From: Schmidtea polychroa | Lineage: Eukaryota | Direction: 5' to 3' | Assembly (NCBI GenBank): GCA_044892525.1 | Contig: CM097888.1 | Span: 65,968,001 to 66,031,777 of the forward strand | Length of the DNA: 63,777 nucleotides | Part shown: piece after piece, positions 24,950-39,684 of the stretch | Numbering within the stretch: the stretch's first letter is position 1 | How the letters are laid out: each line of letters begins with the position of its first letter | The notes under the pieces: model-generated | Seen by the model: only the letters and a program-made list of their open reading frames with translations | Database searches by the model: none | What the model was told of the DNA's origin: nothing | Made by a program: the position numbers and the translations under genes

Positions 24950-26140
24950 TTTGGTCAGCGACGTGTCGGTCTACTAACCCTTGAATGTTTTGCGTATCCA
25001 TCTGACATATACGAAACTTTATAGCTCTGATCTATATCTGGTCTTGGATGGCATGTAATTGTAATGGCTCGACCAATTTACACTTTTGCTTCATTGCACT
25101 GGGTTGAACTATGTTCTCTCCATTAATCAAAATAGAGTTTTGAGCTTCTATCTTTTCCTGGAAATTCTCTACTAGTTGCACCGTGGCTTTTTGATTTCCT
25201 CTAGTGCTCTTTACTAACCAGACCACTAAAAGAAATAGGTAATGTTTAACAAGATAAACATGGATTCGAAATTGCCTCTGGGTCCTCGTTATTAAGACTA
25301 ATCTATGTTTATTTAAATTATGATGGGTTATCCATATTTTATCCGACGCAACCCAAGATAACCCAAGTTTAATCATCCGACACCTGTTGAGTAATTAACT
25401 TTGGTAATGTGTCACATTGGGAAATATTTGCTAGAAGTGAGTGTACACTATAATCGTCCAGCATTCGAAAGGGTTCGCGGGCTGCCGTTAAAAAGCCTGT
25501 GCCCAACCTCTGATAGCCCCCTTATTCTATACTCCAATGACGTCAAGCTTGGAATATCTGCACCTGATGGCTTATCTCTCATGCAATGGTGGGAGTCGAT
25601 ATTAACTTGCTGGAAATATTTCACAGATGCGCTCAAATTGAAAACACGAAAAAACAATACATAAATTCATTACTATATCCACCACTGCTGAAGTGATTGT
25701 CAGTCATGTGAGTCAAGGACAAGTTTAGTGCCCTGAGATTCGGGCTTCCTCGTGGACACATCGCCGGAGGAATTCGAGCTTCCCTTGTCTATTAGGCTTC
25801 TTAATTCTAATTGGGGTGATAACCATAGGAGGCTTTGAGGTGGATTGCAGGTTTATATTCTGTGGTCCTTTCCGGCTCCGTTAATACTTCTTCCAATAGA
25901 TGTTGGTCGAAATGGTTATGGTTTTCGCGAGCCTCATGCTGTTTGCGCTGCACTTTCAGAGCTCCTATTTACAGCCTGTCTTGTGCCACTTGTAACTGTA
26001 ACGTCTCAAGTTGTTGGAGACGTTTTCGCTTCGCTTCGGGACAGAACCACGTTCCTTCCATCTTTCATAATTGTTCTTTGAGTGCCTCCGCGCGGGTATG
26101 GAACACTTCCACCAGTCGCAACGCGTTCTTCCGATAAGCT
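24950..26140 (-). mobile_element. Decayed LTR-retrotransposon gag-like remnant (probably BEL/Pao, DUF1759-like)
   Basis: GC-elevated block. Minus-strand pieces KLEFLRRCVHEEARI, IRGYQRLG and TLPKLITQQ resemble BEL gag motifs (KL.YL..CL.GEA, IRALE.LG, KLP..). Many stops and frameshifts; no pol seen. Confidence 0.45.
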
Positions 26141-27947
26141 CGCGTACATTCCAATAACTTCAACACTAAAGTTAAATATAAATGCACTTCAATATCATGA
26201 GCTTGCGTGCCCTTAGAAATTATACACAATGACTCATATTTCGTTAAATGTATGTCATTATAAATTATGCCCACAATTTTATTTAAAAGTAATTTAAATA
26301 CAATTCGTTTTATATTAAACCCTGTCACGACTATGAAACTCATGTGTTCTGATAGGAAAATTTCTTGATTCTGATACCTAAGTCAAAAACTGAATTATAT
26401 AATTACTATTATTAAATCAATCAATATAGGTTAAACTATCCCTGTAATTTAATGGAAATCATTTAGCAATTAATACTCTGAAATTAAAAAATATAGATAG
26501 ATAAAATTGTTATATTGGATCGATTTATTGCAAAATTATTTATAATAATATACGTATTCAATCATTAAAATTTTCCGTTCCAAAGTTTAAAAGTATTTGG
26601 CATTATCCTAATACATCACTCTCTACGCCATCAAACCCACCAGTTTCATTCAGGTTAAACTAACAATGATTTTATTAAAATTCAAACAGATAACACGCTT
26701 ACAAACTCTGCTCAGTAGGTTGACTTCGCCCAGAATATATGGGTCATCCACGTTGCCGTGGAGGTTTATCGCATCTTCATGAAACTGCAATTGGAGTCTC
26801 CAACTGTCGATTAGTGATGATGCTTAACTCGATCTACCTTTCGATGCGCATCAAATTTGCTATGGCTTGATTGATATCATGGACCACCTGCGCCCGGGCA
26901 AGTCGGCCGGATTTAAGGTCGGTTCTCTTTTCAACACAACCTCCGTGACTCCGAGTTTGACATCACGACTAGCGCTTTCCATCCGGTAGTCTCGATTCCA
27001 GACCATGATTTTTGAATATAGTCAGTAACTAAAATTATCATAAAAACCCAGCATAAATGTATCCTTGTAAAACCATTTATCAAAAAAGTAAAATTTTAAA
27101 AGAAAAGCTCAAAAACAAAACACTTACTACACATGGACTTAACGTTTTCGAATTCTGTAATTTTTTTTCAAAACTTTAAACCGGGGTAATGACTTGCCAA
27201 CCGAGACATCTGGCAACACTAAATTTAATGACTAATAATTTGACTAGAATGCACTATCTATGTCTAGTAACTCAATTATTAAAAATTTAGTTTTTTAAAA
27301 TTTCTATTTAAAAAATATCTTAATTTAAAAAATAACTTCATTAATCTTTAAAATAATATATATCTATAAATATAAAAGGATAGAAAACATTGTAATGATG
27401 GATGAAGTTTTAATACAGAAATATGCTTTTGTTTTAATATTTGTATATTAAGATTAAATAAGTCATGGAGTTTTCTAATGATCTAATGATTGAATATGTC
27501 AGATTGATGGTATGTATATTCTTTTATTTCATACAAAATTTTATTTCTGTATGTCCATATGGATGATGTTATTGTTTTTTGTAATAGATATGCTAATAAA
27601 TTAAATCAAAATGCATAAATGACTGATAGAATGACATTTTTCTACTATATGTAATTCATCAGAGTATGAGATTTGACTTACCCTTATAAAAAATTAAAAA
27701 TTTTCATAAAAAGTATTATATAATTCAATATTCTTAAATAACATGACATTACTAGTAACAGTGTACAAAATTACTTGATTATTATTTAATCAAATTTTAA
27801 ATAAACCCGTATTCCTTAACATTACTTTTATTTAAAATTAAGCAGCTTTAATAAACCGTTTATAAGAATGGACATCTTTATTAAAATATTTTTATATCCT
27901 TAAAAGAACTTTTTTTCAAATTTCACAACTGATTTCTATTCAATTGA

Positions 27948-28093
27948 CATTGTATTTATTAAAAAGCTTGACTATACATTAGTAAATACATCGATGTTTT
28001 TGATATTCAGGAATTTTCGACACTGCTTTTTTTCAAGTGAATTTGATCAAAAACATCGATATATTTACTAATTCATAGTCAAGCTTTTTAATA
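27948..28093. mobile_element. Foldback MITE
   Basis: Long inverted arms ttaaaaagcttgactat...atcgatgtttttgat / atcaaaaacatcgat...atagtcaagctttttaa. Confidence 0.7.
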
Positions 28094-30454
28094 TTCTTAT
28101 ATCTGTTAATAAAAATTTTAAATGGTACAAGTGAAAACATACAATATTTTCATCTGGATTTCAATAAAATTTGTCTATATTTGTGTTAATTATAAATTAT
28201 ATTAACATTTCCAATTATATTTAAGAAATTAAAGGTTATGAAATAAAAATAATTAGATAACAGTTACTTTAAAGAATAACATCAAGTTTTTCAGGTATGT
28301 TAAATGATTTTATTATGATTAACTTTTATACATTAAAAATGTTGATCTGTTACGACAAAAAATAGTAAAGAACCTTTTTAATTGGAAAACCAAATTCCAT
28401 TTCTATGAGATCTCATAAGGTCGCACGGTCCATTGAAGTCAAATGCATAGAATCCAGAACCGGCTTAGAAGTAGGGACTTCGAGTATATTTCCTGAGACC
28501 CCGCTTTCTTATTTCTAACAATTATTAGTAGCGAGGGCAATATTTTGATACAAAATGCAACGTTTTTTACAAGTCTATCTATGTATTAACATCTCGCTCG
28601 TTAAGGTTGTTCTTTCCATGTATATACATGTCATGTCATCTGCTGCAGCTGCTGCATAAAGTGATACACCACTCTGCTCCTTTGATGATATTATCGAGAA
28701 ATTAGAAGTAAAATACTTTTTACGAAATAAGAATAAAAAATATTGTTTTTGTATGTATAATATTGAATATATTGAAGAAATAAACAATTCATTAAATAAA
28801 TTGATAAATTATGTTCATGTATCATTTCTAACTTTTTGGGAATGGGCCCGCATTATAATATTTTCCCAAGGCCCACAATCGCCCTGAAAGAATGACTTCA
28901 TTTGGTACATTTATAAGGTTTGTTATTGTTGATTATATTTTTTGATTATGGTGTTATAACCGAATCAAAATTTAAAACGATGGTTTCCTAATAGTAGAAT
29001 AAATTTATTGAAGATATTTCATAGTCCAAAATTCTTATTTTTTGATTTTAATAAACATGAAACTTGATGCAAAGCCTTAGCATATTATTTACTAATAATT
29101 TTACTTTAAATACTAATTCTTTTATTTATTTCAGTATCACATAATAATTACATGTAACATTTTATAACAAATAAACTTGTATTGGTGATTTTTTTTATTT
29201 TTAAAAACTTTAAATTCCTGGTATTATTTGAAGTATGATCAACTTATTGTTTGAAGAAGTGTTTCAATCATTTATTTTACTTTTTCAATACGCGTATTAA
29301 AGCAAAACATTGAGAACCACGAGAAACAAAATTATTGGATTCAGACATGTACTTCACAGCCAAAGATTCCTTAATTAATTTTCTTTTTTTGATTTAACAA
29401 ATTAGAATTTGGCTTTACCATTGTTATCTTCAGCTTCAGTTTGTTTTCGAAGTAAGTGTCTGTTATCTGTGTTTCAAATATTTAGAACATCTCGAAGGAG
29501 TCACAAAAATTATTTATTAAGGTATAAAGTCTGTGCCGAAGTTTCGTGTACCTTATATACAGTATTGATCTTATAGTCCTACGAACATTAATTGGAAAAT
29601 TATTATAAAATTAACTGCATTAAACAATACAAAATGACTTCATAATTTAACAATGTTTTTTACAATTTAAATAATATTTTCCTTTCACCGCATCGGGTTA
29701 AACTTCAATTTGAAGATGGGACAAGAGAAAGAAGAATAGATTGATTAAAAATGTGGCAACAATATTAAGAAGGAGTAGTACCGTGCTGTAACTTTTGGGG
29801 GCCCTGTGCAGACACTAAAAAAATTTTTAAAATTTTATTGCATTCATTTTTATCGATTTTAATGAATTTCTTCTAATGTATTTATTATTTGGGGCCCAGT
29901 GCGATAGTACGACGCTGAGAAGGGGATGGTTGTATAAATTATTTAAATAATACATTTGTTTAAATATTAGGTATATAATTTAATAAAGATTATTATGGTT
30001 ATTAAGTGTACATTTTAAATTAAGTGTCTTCTTGATTTGAATGTTTAAACATTTTGGATTGTAATATATCAGACACGCTTAAATCGCGGCTTTTTGACAA
30101 GTTTTTGGGCCTTAATAATTTATTAAGTTAACTGAAAATTTAAGAAATATTTTTAGGCATAAACTTTCTTCTTATTTTATGTAAGTAAACATGTTTTCTT
30201 ATTTCATTCATAAACTCTTGAAAATTTTTTCGGCCATATAGTATTTTAAGATTTTCAAACAAGTTAAGATTTTCAAACTTTTGACCACTCCTGTAATAAT
30301 CATTATAACTTGTTAAAATTTATTAAAATATTAAGACCATTATAAAGGCGAAAAACTAATTTTTGCGATGCATCTGATATATCAACAAGCTTGTTTCAAT
30401 TTCAATAATGTTTTTATAATCTCTCGTATTATTTTGAATCATTCATCAATAATG

Positions 30455-31062
30455 GTTCTGGGCAATTCGTCCCAGGACAATTCGTCGCGAGCAATTCGGA
30501 GGGAAATATGGAAGCAGTACAATTAAAATATATTAATTGTATTTAGAATGTTGAATACTTAATTAAGCTATATACACTTTACGTAACAATACAAATAAAA
30601 TATAATGTTATTATATGAAAAAGTTAATTTAACACAAATAAATGTCGATACAATAAAATGTTTGAATAATCATGTACGATTTTTTTAATTGAAATTAACT
30701 GAATATTAAAATATAATAAATTTAATTTTTTTATTTATTTTTTTAAAATTTTTCTTATGTAATGGAATTGCGTTCAAATCTATAAAAATGGCAAAATTTA
30801 TAAAAATAACAAATAATTACCCATTAAGACTGACTAGATTGAATCGATAGATAGTTACAAAATACAAAAATTATTCTTATTTAGTTATGGTATAAATTAT
30901 AATTATTAAATTTAAACTTAAAACATAACATTTATAATAGTATAGGTTTGCTTGCTTATATACATATAATATTAATAACACAATAAATGATTTATTTTAT
31001 TGTTCTCATGTGTTACAAATTTCTGATCCGAATTGTCCGTTTTTCTGCACCGAATTGTCCGG
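30455..31062. mobile_element. Probable MITE with Mutator-like subterminal repeats
   Basis: Three gcaattcg/ggacaattcg motifs at the left end and two inverted cgaattgtcc motifs at the right end. TSD not resolved. Confidence 0.4.
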
Positions 31063-33353
31063 TTAGCATCAATTTAAGGAGAAAGAAGTGAATTAATGAA
31101 ACCCAAGAGCCAAATTACTGAAGGCAGTAAATTTATTATACCAAAGTTTTATTTGCATTAATTAATCTTGTGATTTATACCTTAGAATCGAAACAACTAT
31201 AGAAAAAAGTCTATAGTATCGAATGAAATTAAATTGATATAAAAAATTGTATTAATTCCAATGCAAAACGCTAATAGTATCAAAGTTTTTTTAATGTAAT
31301 CAAACATTTTTGAATTGGAAATTTGCTTGTGTAGTTTATAAAAGATTATTATTTAATTGATATTTGATTAAAAACAAATTATTAAGGAAGTCTTTCGTGA
31401 ATCGGATGAAGAAGAATTGGTAAAATTGTACTCATCGAAATTAAATATCCAATCAAAGGAAACTCATAAAATTACCCGACCCCATCGCCCTATCCATTGC
31501 AATTATTTCCACCTTCTTTCCAGTACACCGATAATCTCAGTATTTTCAACTCAATTAAATGACGGTAAATTTTTCGACCTAAAAACTCAATTAAAACTAT
31601 TCGGCTAGTGATAATAAATTGGTTGTATATTTGCTTCTTATTTCTCCATGTTGCATGTTTTGTCAACTTGGTTTTATAGTTTATTATTTATCATCGTTTT
31701 TGAAATCGCTATTAATTTATTTCGGTTTAGAGAATTATATTAAACCAATTCCTCAAATAAAAAATTCCCAGTCAGAAATAGTCAAAAAGTTACTGAAAAG
31801 AAAAGACAAGTATTGTAGAAAAATTTGTATTCAACGTGTAATATTCATTTATTTTAGGTCGAATAAATTTTCCATTAGATTATCCAATGAACAAAAAAGT
31901 GCCTTTGGGATAATAAAGTCATTTTAATGATAAAATTTTCTGTTTTTGAATTAATAAACTTTTTAGTGTGATAGTTTTTACTTTTCGGTTTTTCATTCGA
32001 AAATTCGTTGCAATTTGTAATAGAAAATTTTCAAGAATTTCTGTAATTTTTATTGTTTATGTTTACAGAGCCTCGATTAAATTATCATTGTATTTCAGTA
32101 AATAGAGAATTGTGACCATTCGTGAGTTAGCTATGAAATGCATCCGCAACGAATATTTACACAGAAACAACAGACGAACCGTACAAACAATTTGCTAATT
32201 AATTTGTGTACATTGTCAGAGATTTAAATTTACATTTGCACTTATTTGTTAAAATAGATTATTAATCAGGTTGAATGAAATTTGTTTTGAAATTTTTCGG
32301 TTTCTGAGCGTAATGCAATTCAAATTGAGATTGGATCATGTAGATAATAGTTTTTGTGACTTTTATCAATTTGTGCTTTTCTACTTTAATCATGATTTGT
32401 TTATCAACCTTTCCTTTTTCAAATATAATTTTGTGCTTTATAATACATTTATTTTTATATATTTAATTATGCAAAGAAATCAGCTTGACTTGTCTTTTCC
32501 CTGCAAGTCGATATATTTTAGAAAAGTTAATTTGCACATTTAAAATTATTATTTAATTTGACATCCAAATAGTTGTCATTTTTAAAAATAAAGAAATTGA
32601 CATAAATTATTAAGGTCGAATTTCTCATTAGTAATAGAAATAAAATACATTTTTTTATTTAGAATTTCTTCATTGTGAAACATTGTGAAAAATTTTGTAA
32701 ATTTAACATAAATTATATAAGAACAGAGTGCCTTCAAATTTTCATATTTTTTTATGATGCTGCCATCTAAGGAGGTTATGAACCACTGATATAATTATAT
32801 GATTTAATAGATTTTGTTTAAGAAGTTGATATTTGGTGCTTTTGCTATTTCGTATTTTTGAAGTTGAACTTCAAAACTTAACAGGCAACATATATCATTA
32901 TTATTTTCTGATTATTGTGAAATTATTTAAATATTTAAACCTCAAATTTTTGAATATATATATATATTTATATTTTGTAAAAAAATTATATTCTGTTCAA
33001 GCTTCGAGTTATGCAAATTATTTACAAAAAATTGAAATAGAAAGTAGTGTAAAACTTTATCCTTGACCATTGGAAGAAGTCAACTTGGAATATTTAGCAC
33101 AAAAATTGTAGTGCATTCAAATTCTGGTATGCTAGACAGGTATTATTTTCAAAAATTAAATTCAAAAGATGCAAATTTTAAGGATTACCTTTAAATTAAA
33201 TCCTGTAAAATCAACTTAGAAGTTTACAACAGCAAGTTAATCTATAACATTTTGTTTTTTGAAAAGAATCCTTTGAATAACTGAATGTATTTATGTGAAA
33301 GTATGACGCAAAAGAATTTTAACTTTACAAATTGGCATTAGCAAAGCTGTAGA

Positions 33354-33636
33354 CAGTGGCGTAGCCAGGAATTTATGAAGGGGTTGGGTTTGAGTGGGAA
33401 AATATTTATTAATATTATGATCAATCATCAATAATCATAATGTAAAGACTACAGAGTACAGACAGATGTCACAGTATTACATTTACAGTAAATAAAATAA
33501 AGGGAAAAAGTGTCTTTTGTTTTTTTCTTATTAAAGTGGATGATCTTTTAGGCACTTGACGTCGACAAATATTTGTACATGAAAAATCCAATGGGGGAGT
33601 TTAACCCCCTAACCCTTCCCCTTGGCTACGGCACTG
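33354..33636. mobile_element. hAT MITE
   Basis: TIR cagtggcgtagcca / tggctacggcactg and perfect 8-bp TSD GCTGTAGA. Confidence 0.9.
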
Positions 33637-34092
33637 GCTGTAGATGAATTAAAGAAAAAAATCTTTTAAACATTTTTAGTTCTCTTTAGTAAAAATTTGT
33701 AAAAATAATACTTGCATTTGAAAACAATGATTTTGTAAATAATATGTTTTGAAATTATATCCAAAAATTTGTTTTTTGTCAGCGCTTCAAAAAATTCATT
33801 TAAAAAAAACAGTAAAATTACAAAATTCAAAAAAACAATGTAGTATTGAGAAGTAAGATAGTTGATGTGACTTTGGAAAAATTGAAATGAATTAAATATT
33901 ATCATTAAAATCTTTTATATAACTTCTTTGACTTTTAGTTGTCATTTATTTTTAGACTTTCAATTTATTGTTGGGTTATTGGGTTGATTATAATAATTGA
34001 AAAGTTAAAATTCTTACCCTGACTCCAAGCTAGATAATATCATTCATGATTATACACAAGATAAATTAGACGATTTAACTATAGCTCTAGAG

Positions 34093-36540
34093 CAGTGGTG
34101 CCCAACCTAGTGCCCGCGGGCAAAAAAGTGCCCGTGGAGACTTTTTCAAATGCCCGTGGGTGTTTTTCTAAATACGGTTAAAGAAAATATCAATTTTTAA
34201 CATTAAGATGTATAATGTTTCAATGAGAATTACAAGCGAATTTTTAATTTTCGAAATTAAAATTAATCAATCCCAACAATTAATTATTAAATGGGAATTC
34301 CAAGAAAATTAAATTTTTTCCTACTTTAAATTAAAATTAATTAACTCAAATATCGTTACATCGTTAGTTAAAAAACTCTATTTAAATCAGTTAACCAAAA
34401 ACAATCTCTCAGTGTGGACAACAATTTATCCAAATAAAAAAAATAATTTTTGTTTTTACAAAAATGTCTCTCAGCAAAAGGATGTCTCAAAAAAGAAAAC
34501 GTGAAGATGAAAAATCTGCGCAATAAGTGTTAAGAAATAACTGGGAAGAACAATTTTTGTTCACACATTCACAATCATCAAGGCCAATTTGTCTGATTTG
34601 TAATGACACAGTTGCAGTCTATAAAAATACAATGTGGAACGTCATTTTAATCAGATGCATTCAGAATTCAAAATCAAATACCCAATTGGATCTGCAGACA
34701 GAACTGACTTTATTTCAAAGAGAAAATCGAAACTTGCAGTTCAGCAAACATTTTTTACCAAAAGACAAGAAGAAATGCACGGTATGACAAAAGCTTCCTT
34801 TCAAATTTCCCTGCTGCTTGCCAGATAAAAAAAAAGTTATTCAGATGGCGAAATGGTAAAAGAGGCAATTTCTATTTTTGCTGAAAACTCAGGTGACCCA
34901 AAAAACAAATTGCTGTCCAAAAACATAGCACTTTCAAGAAATACAGTTACTCGGAGAATTGAAGAAATGGCCAATGATGTCTCAAAACAAATTATTGTTG
35001 CTGCTTCACTTTCAAAATACTTTTCAATTGCAATTGATGAAAGCTGTGATGCAACTGACAGTGCTCAATTACTGGTTTATATAAGATGTGTCAATGAAAA
35101 CTTCGATGTTGTTCAGGAACTTCTTGGCCTTTGTCAACTGAAAACCACAACAACTGGAGCCGATATCTTTGAAGCACTGAAAGATTGTGTGGAAAATTCA
35201 AGCATCAACGAGTATAAGCTCAACTGGAATCAACTGAAAAGTATCTGCACAGATGGAGCTCCTGCAATGGTTGGAAAAAACAACGGTTGTGTTTCCCTTC
35301 TAGAAAAATATCTAAAAAGAAAACTTTTTAAGTACCATTGCATTATTCATCAAGAAGTTCTTTGCTCAAAGGATATGGAATTCAAGCATGTTATTGACAC
35401 AGTTGTGCACTGTATTAACAAGATTAGAGCACGATCTCTAAATAGAAGAGAGTTCCGATCCCTGTTTGAAGAGGAAACCGATGATTGTGGTGAACTTTTG
35501 CTCCATTGCTCTGTTCGCTGGTTGTCAAAGGGAAAAATGCTGTCAAGATTTTTCCAGTTAAGGACCCAAGTACTGCAATTTTTGGAAGAAAAAAAAGAGT
35601 TGCCTACCGAGTGTGATCTTTTGAAAAACAATTCCTGGTTGAGTGAATTGGCTTTTCTTGTTGATATCACAAATTACCTGAACATCTTGAACACAGGATT
35701 GCAAGGTGAAAATAGTTTGTTCCCAACACTATTCAATCAAATCAATGCATTTAAGGCAAAATTAAAACTGTTTTATAACAGTCTTTCTCAAGGAAATCTG
35801 GATCTTTTCCCCACGCTTCAGAAATTTCAACTTGAAAGTTCAATCACTGTCAACTTGGACTATGAAAAATACAAACTTGCCATTATGAATTTGTCTCATT
35901 CATTTTCTTCTCGATTTTCTGACTTTGAGGCAGAGAAGGATAACATTTTATTGTTCATTAATCCATTCTCTATATCAGAAAGTGAAATCAGCAAGTATTC
36001 TCCAAAAATACAGATGGAAATTACTGACATTCAAAACCACACAGGATTAAAGAGAAAGTTTCAAGAGCTTTGTGAATCACCTATTTCACCCGACTTAAAA
36101 GCATTCTGGAAGCTTGTTCCAAAAAATGACTATCCTGAACTTAACAACATGGCACTCCGGTTTGTGGTCAAATTTGGTTCAACTTACATTTGTGAGAAGA
36201 CATTTTCTTCAATGAACTACATAAAAAGCAAATTCAGATGTTCACTCACTGATGCTCACTTGGAAAACCTCATTCTATTATCAAATTCAAAAATCAATCC
36301 TGTTATTGATCAACTTGTTAGCCAGACTCAAATTCAAAAGCCGCATAAAAATGATGTTATAAATAAATTTGTTTGTTTTGTTTCACATTATTATTTTAAA
36401 TTTTTAATACAAATGCATGTTTCCTAATAAAAAGATTGTTATAAGATCATTTTTCTATTAATTAATTTTTCAAAAATGTGCCCGCAAAGACTTTTTCATT
36501 TAAATAGTTGCCCACTTGATAAAAAGGTTGGGCACCACTG
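34093..36540 (+). mobile_element. hAT transposon, Buster/Charlie/SPIN (GTF2IRD2-like) group; full length, transposase with about 4 lesions
   Basis: TIRs cagtggtgcccaacct / aggttgggcaccactg and perfect 8-bp TSD CTCTAGAG. BED-type finger CLIC...ERH. Motifs DESCD, TDGAPAM, HCIIHQ, VRWLS, GSTYICEKTFS. Confidence 0.96.
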
Positions 36541-39090
36541 CTCTAGAGCTTTATTATTCACTTAGCAGTAAAATTTAAAAACGGTTATTAGCAAATGATT
36601 AAATTACTAGTTATGCGGTGTTGATCTATGGCGCAACAATTTCAAAGGTTAATAGTACTACATTTTGAAGAGGTTGCTATTTTTAAGGATATATTGATTG
36701 CTATACTTATATGAGAGCATCTAATAGACCTAACAAAATATTTGTAAGTTAAATTATTTATAATTTGAGATTATAACACAACAAAAAGCTGGTCATCACA
36801 GTAACTATGATGTTTCGTTAAAGAACCATGCTGCCGAAATTTGATTTCAGTTATAATATTGATTTCCATGCATTCTTGTAATTTTTGAAAGTTCTTCTTT
36901 ATGTTGTCTAAAAGTCAGTAGAATTTCCTTTGCAAGTTTCAATTACACTTTATTTGGAATTTTTTTTAGAGTTTTTGATGCATTTAATGACTGGCTCTAG
37001 TTTGAATCAGTTTAAGGTATTTTTTAGACTTAATAGTGAGAAAAATATATGCAACATTATTATTGACCTTATTAATTCAAAATTTATTTCCAATTCGAAC
37101 AATATTATAGTAAGTAAAAAGAGTAATGACACAAAACACTGAAGTTAATGTTCTAAATCAGTGATTATCTATTTCAATATGCGGTTGATGGTTCGTGTCC
37201 AAAATGTTTCCAATCACTGATTGCAAAAGAATAATTGTGTATGTTGCAAATTATTAAAATATTATATTTATATTTCAAACTCCAAACTTTAACCATTCTA
37301 CACAAGGATTAGTTTGTTTTTCCATTGACGGTCGACACTTGAACGTTAAAATTTAAGCCGATTGCTATACTCAGCGTAAGGCCATACAAAAGCAATTTAC
37401 TAAATGTATGAATTTAAAAGCCGCAAAACGCATTAAAAATCGAAAGTCTCACGTTTTCTAAGTCATACCTATTTCCTAAAAAATTTTAACTGTATTAAAA
37501 CAAACCTTTATTATAAAAATTTGGGCAATCCTTTATTATTGCATAAAATATTTAAAGTAACTAAATTATTTCTCTTTATACAAAATTTATACAAGATTTC
37601 TAAAAAATGCAACTAGACAAAAATTGCAAGAAAAAATAACCAAAGCATTCAGTAAATTACATTGATATAAGAGTGAAAATAACAAGAACAATATAATGCA
37701 AACAAATTTCTTTATAGAGAAGAGATCAGTGCATTTGAGCAAATAAAAACAATAACCTGGACGAAACAAATGATCAACTTTTGTCTTTGTACATTGACAA
37801 ATATTCTGCCAATTTTACTAAATTGTCATTGATCCATTCTGCGTTCATCCTGCATTAAAAATTTTAATTTAAAGAACATCGCAATCTATTTACAAAAATA
37901 AGTAGTAGGTCGAGTATTCGGTAAATGCTCAAATACATCCATTTCAAATAAAAATAATATTATTTAGCTATTATCAGATATTTTATAGTATCATCTCTAT
38001 TTAACTGAAATAGTGTAATGAAAAAGTCTGAAGGCAACTGATAAAAATTGATTCAGTTGAAAACATTTTTCATCACTTTCGGTTTGTTCATTTTTATGCA
38101 TTATTGAAGTTGTAAAAACGGATCAAAAGCGAATAAAATGATAAATGATTTTACTGTTATAGATTTTTATAGAAAATCAATCAGTTTTAGGAATTATTTT
38201 TTAATTGATTAAATATTACATAGTAGCCACATTTTCATTTTACTTGTTATGGGTTGAGCACTTTTACAAGGAATCTTCAAAAAAATACCTTCAACTGTAC
38301 TCATATAATTTATAGAGAAAATATTTTAACCATGCAAGTAAAATAAACTCACCAGGAAAGTATTTTGTGATAATCATGAAAATATTTTGGGTGACGGAGA
38401 AAAATTTAAAGTTCCTGCTTTATTTTTAGTTTTCTATATTTTCAGAGATTTAACATAGGGTATCGGAAATCGGAAATGCTAAGAATTATATAAATATTTG
38501 TAAATTTAGTAACAATTTAATTAAATGACATTAACTCGCACAGTATCTTTAGCACAGTACAAAGGTTCCATGAAAACGCGTATATCACCACATGTGAACT
38601 ATAACAAATGTGATATATACAAACACTTTATTACCCGTTTTCAACCAGGATTTGGTTTCTTATGCATATTAATTTCAGATTTCCTTTTGATTTAGCCAGA
38701 ATAAGTTGAATCAAACAAAGTCATTTGAAATTATTTAGTCAAAAAGTTATTATCACAACACTTGATCGAGTGTAACGTTTTAGTTTGTGCTTCTGCATCT
38801 CAAGGTGTGGTCATGAATTCATTGATTATTAAATATTTGTTTTGCCAATAAAGTGTGAAGGAACATAAATACCAAATAAGATGTTGCGGGAATTTTTTTT
38901 ACTAATAATACTCACGCATTTAACCTCAATTAAAACACTAGCTGCGTATTTACTATGAGTTGCAATTTACCGGTAAAGATGATTAAAATATAAATGTATG
39001 TGGCTTTATTAAAAACAGTATTCTAGATTAAAACATAAATAATTTTAAACACGTTTCAGTTGAAAAATGTTATGAATACATATATATATG

Positions 39091-39408
39091 TAGGGTTGCC
39101 AACAGGTGTCTTTCAAATAATACATATTCTCTTTTTAAAAAAATATTTTTGTTCTCTTTTCATTATTTATATAAATGTCCTCTTTTTTCAATTCTAACAT
39201 AGGAAGAAATTGAAAAATGTATAATATTCCTTGCAGCTAAAAATATTGTTGTGAATGACACAAAACGTTTATGTTGAATTAGAATTTGTTTTTAGGTTAC
39301 CAATCTTATATTATAATTGTAAAAAACGTGTATACGAATAAGTTTATAAAGAAAATAAATTTAATGAAAAGAATTTTCTTTTTTTGTACTCAACAGTTGG
39401 CAACCCTT
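39091..39408. mobile_element. hAT-like MITE (tagggttgcca type)
   Basis: TIR tagggttgccaac / gttggcaaccctt; near-TSD tatatatg / tatatata. Confidence 0.75.
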
Positions 39409-39684
39409 TATATATATTCCACATCAAGCTTGGTTAATTTGAATTAAGACTATTTGGTTTACCTGTCGGTAAGGAATTAATATCATTAACTTATTTATGT
39501 ATGTAATACACTAGGTCCTAATTTAGGTGTATGAATACATACTTTGTATACACCTAATATAAATTCGTATTTGAAATAAAAGAATAGTACAACTGAATGT
39601 TTTTATTGGATTTATTTAAAAAATATTAATTTTTTGGGTATAATATTTTTTCAGGATTAAAATATGCTCTCATGAAACAAAGTA

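Noticed and set aside
29768-29900. ggggccc-containing hAT-like MITE
   Set aside because: TIRs poorly matched and no TSD.
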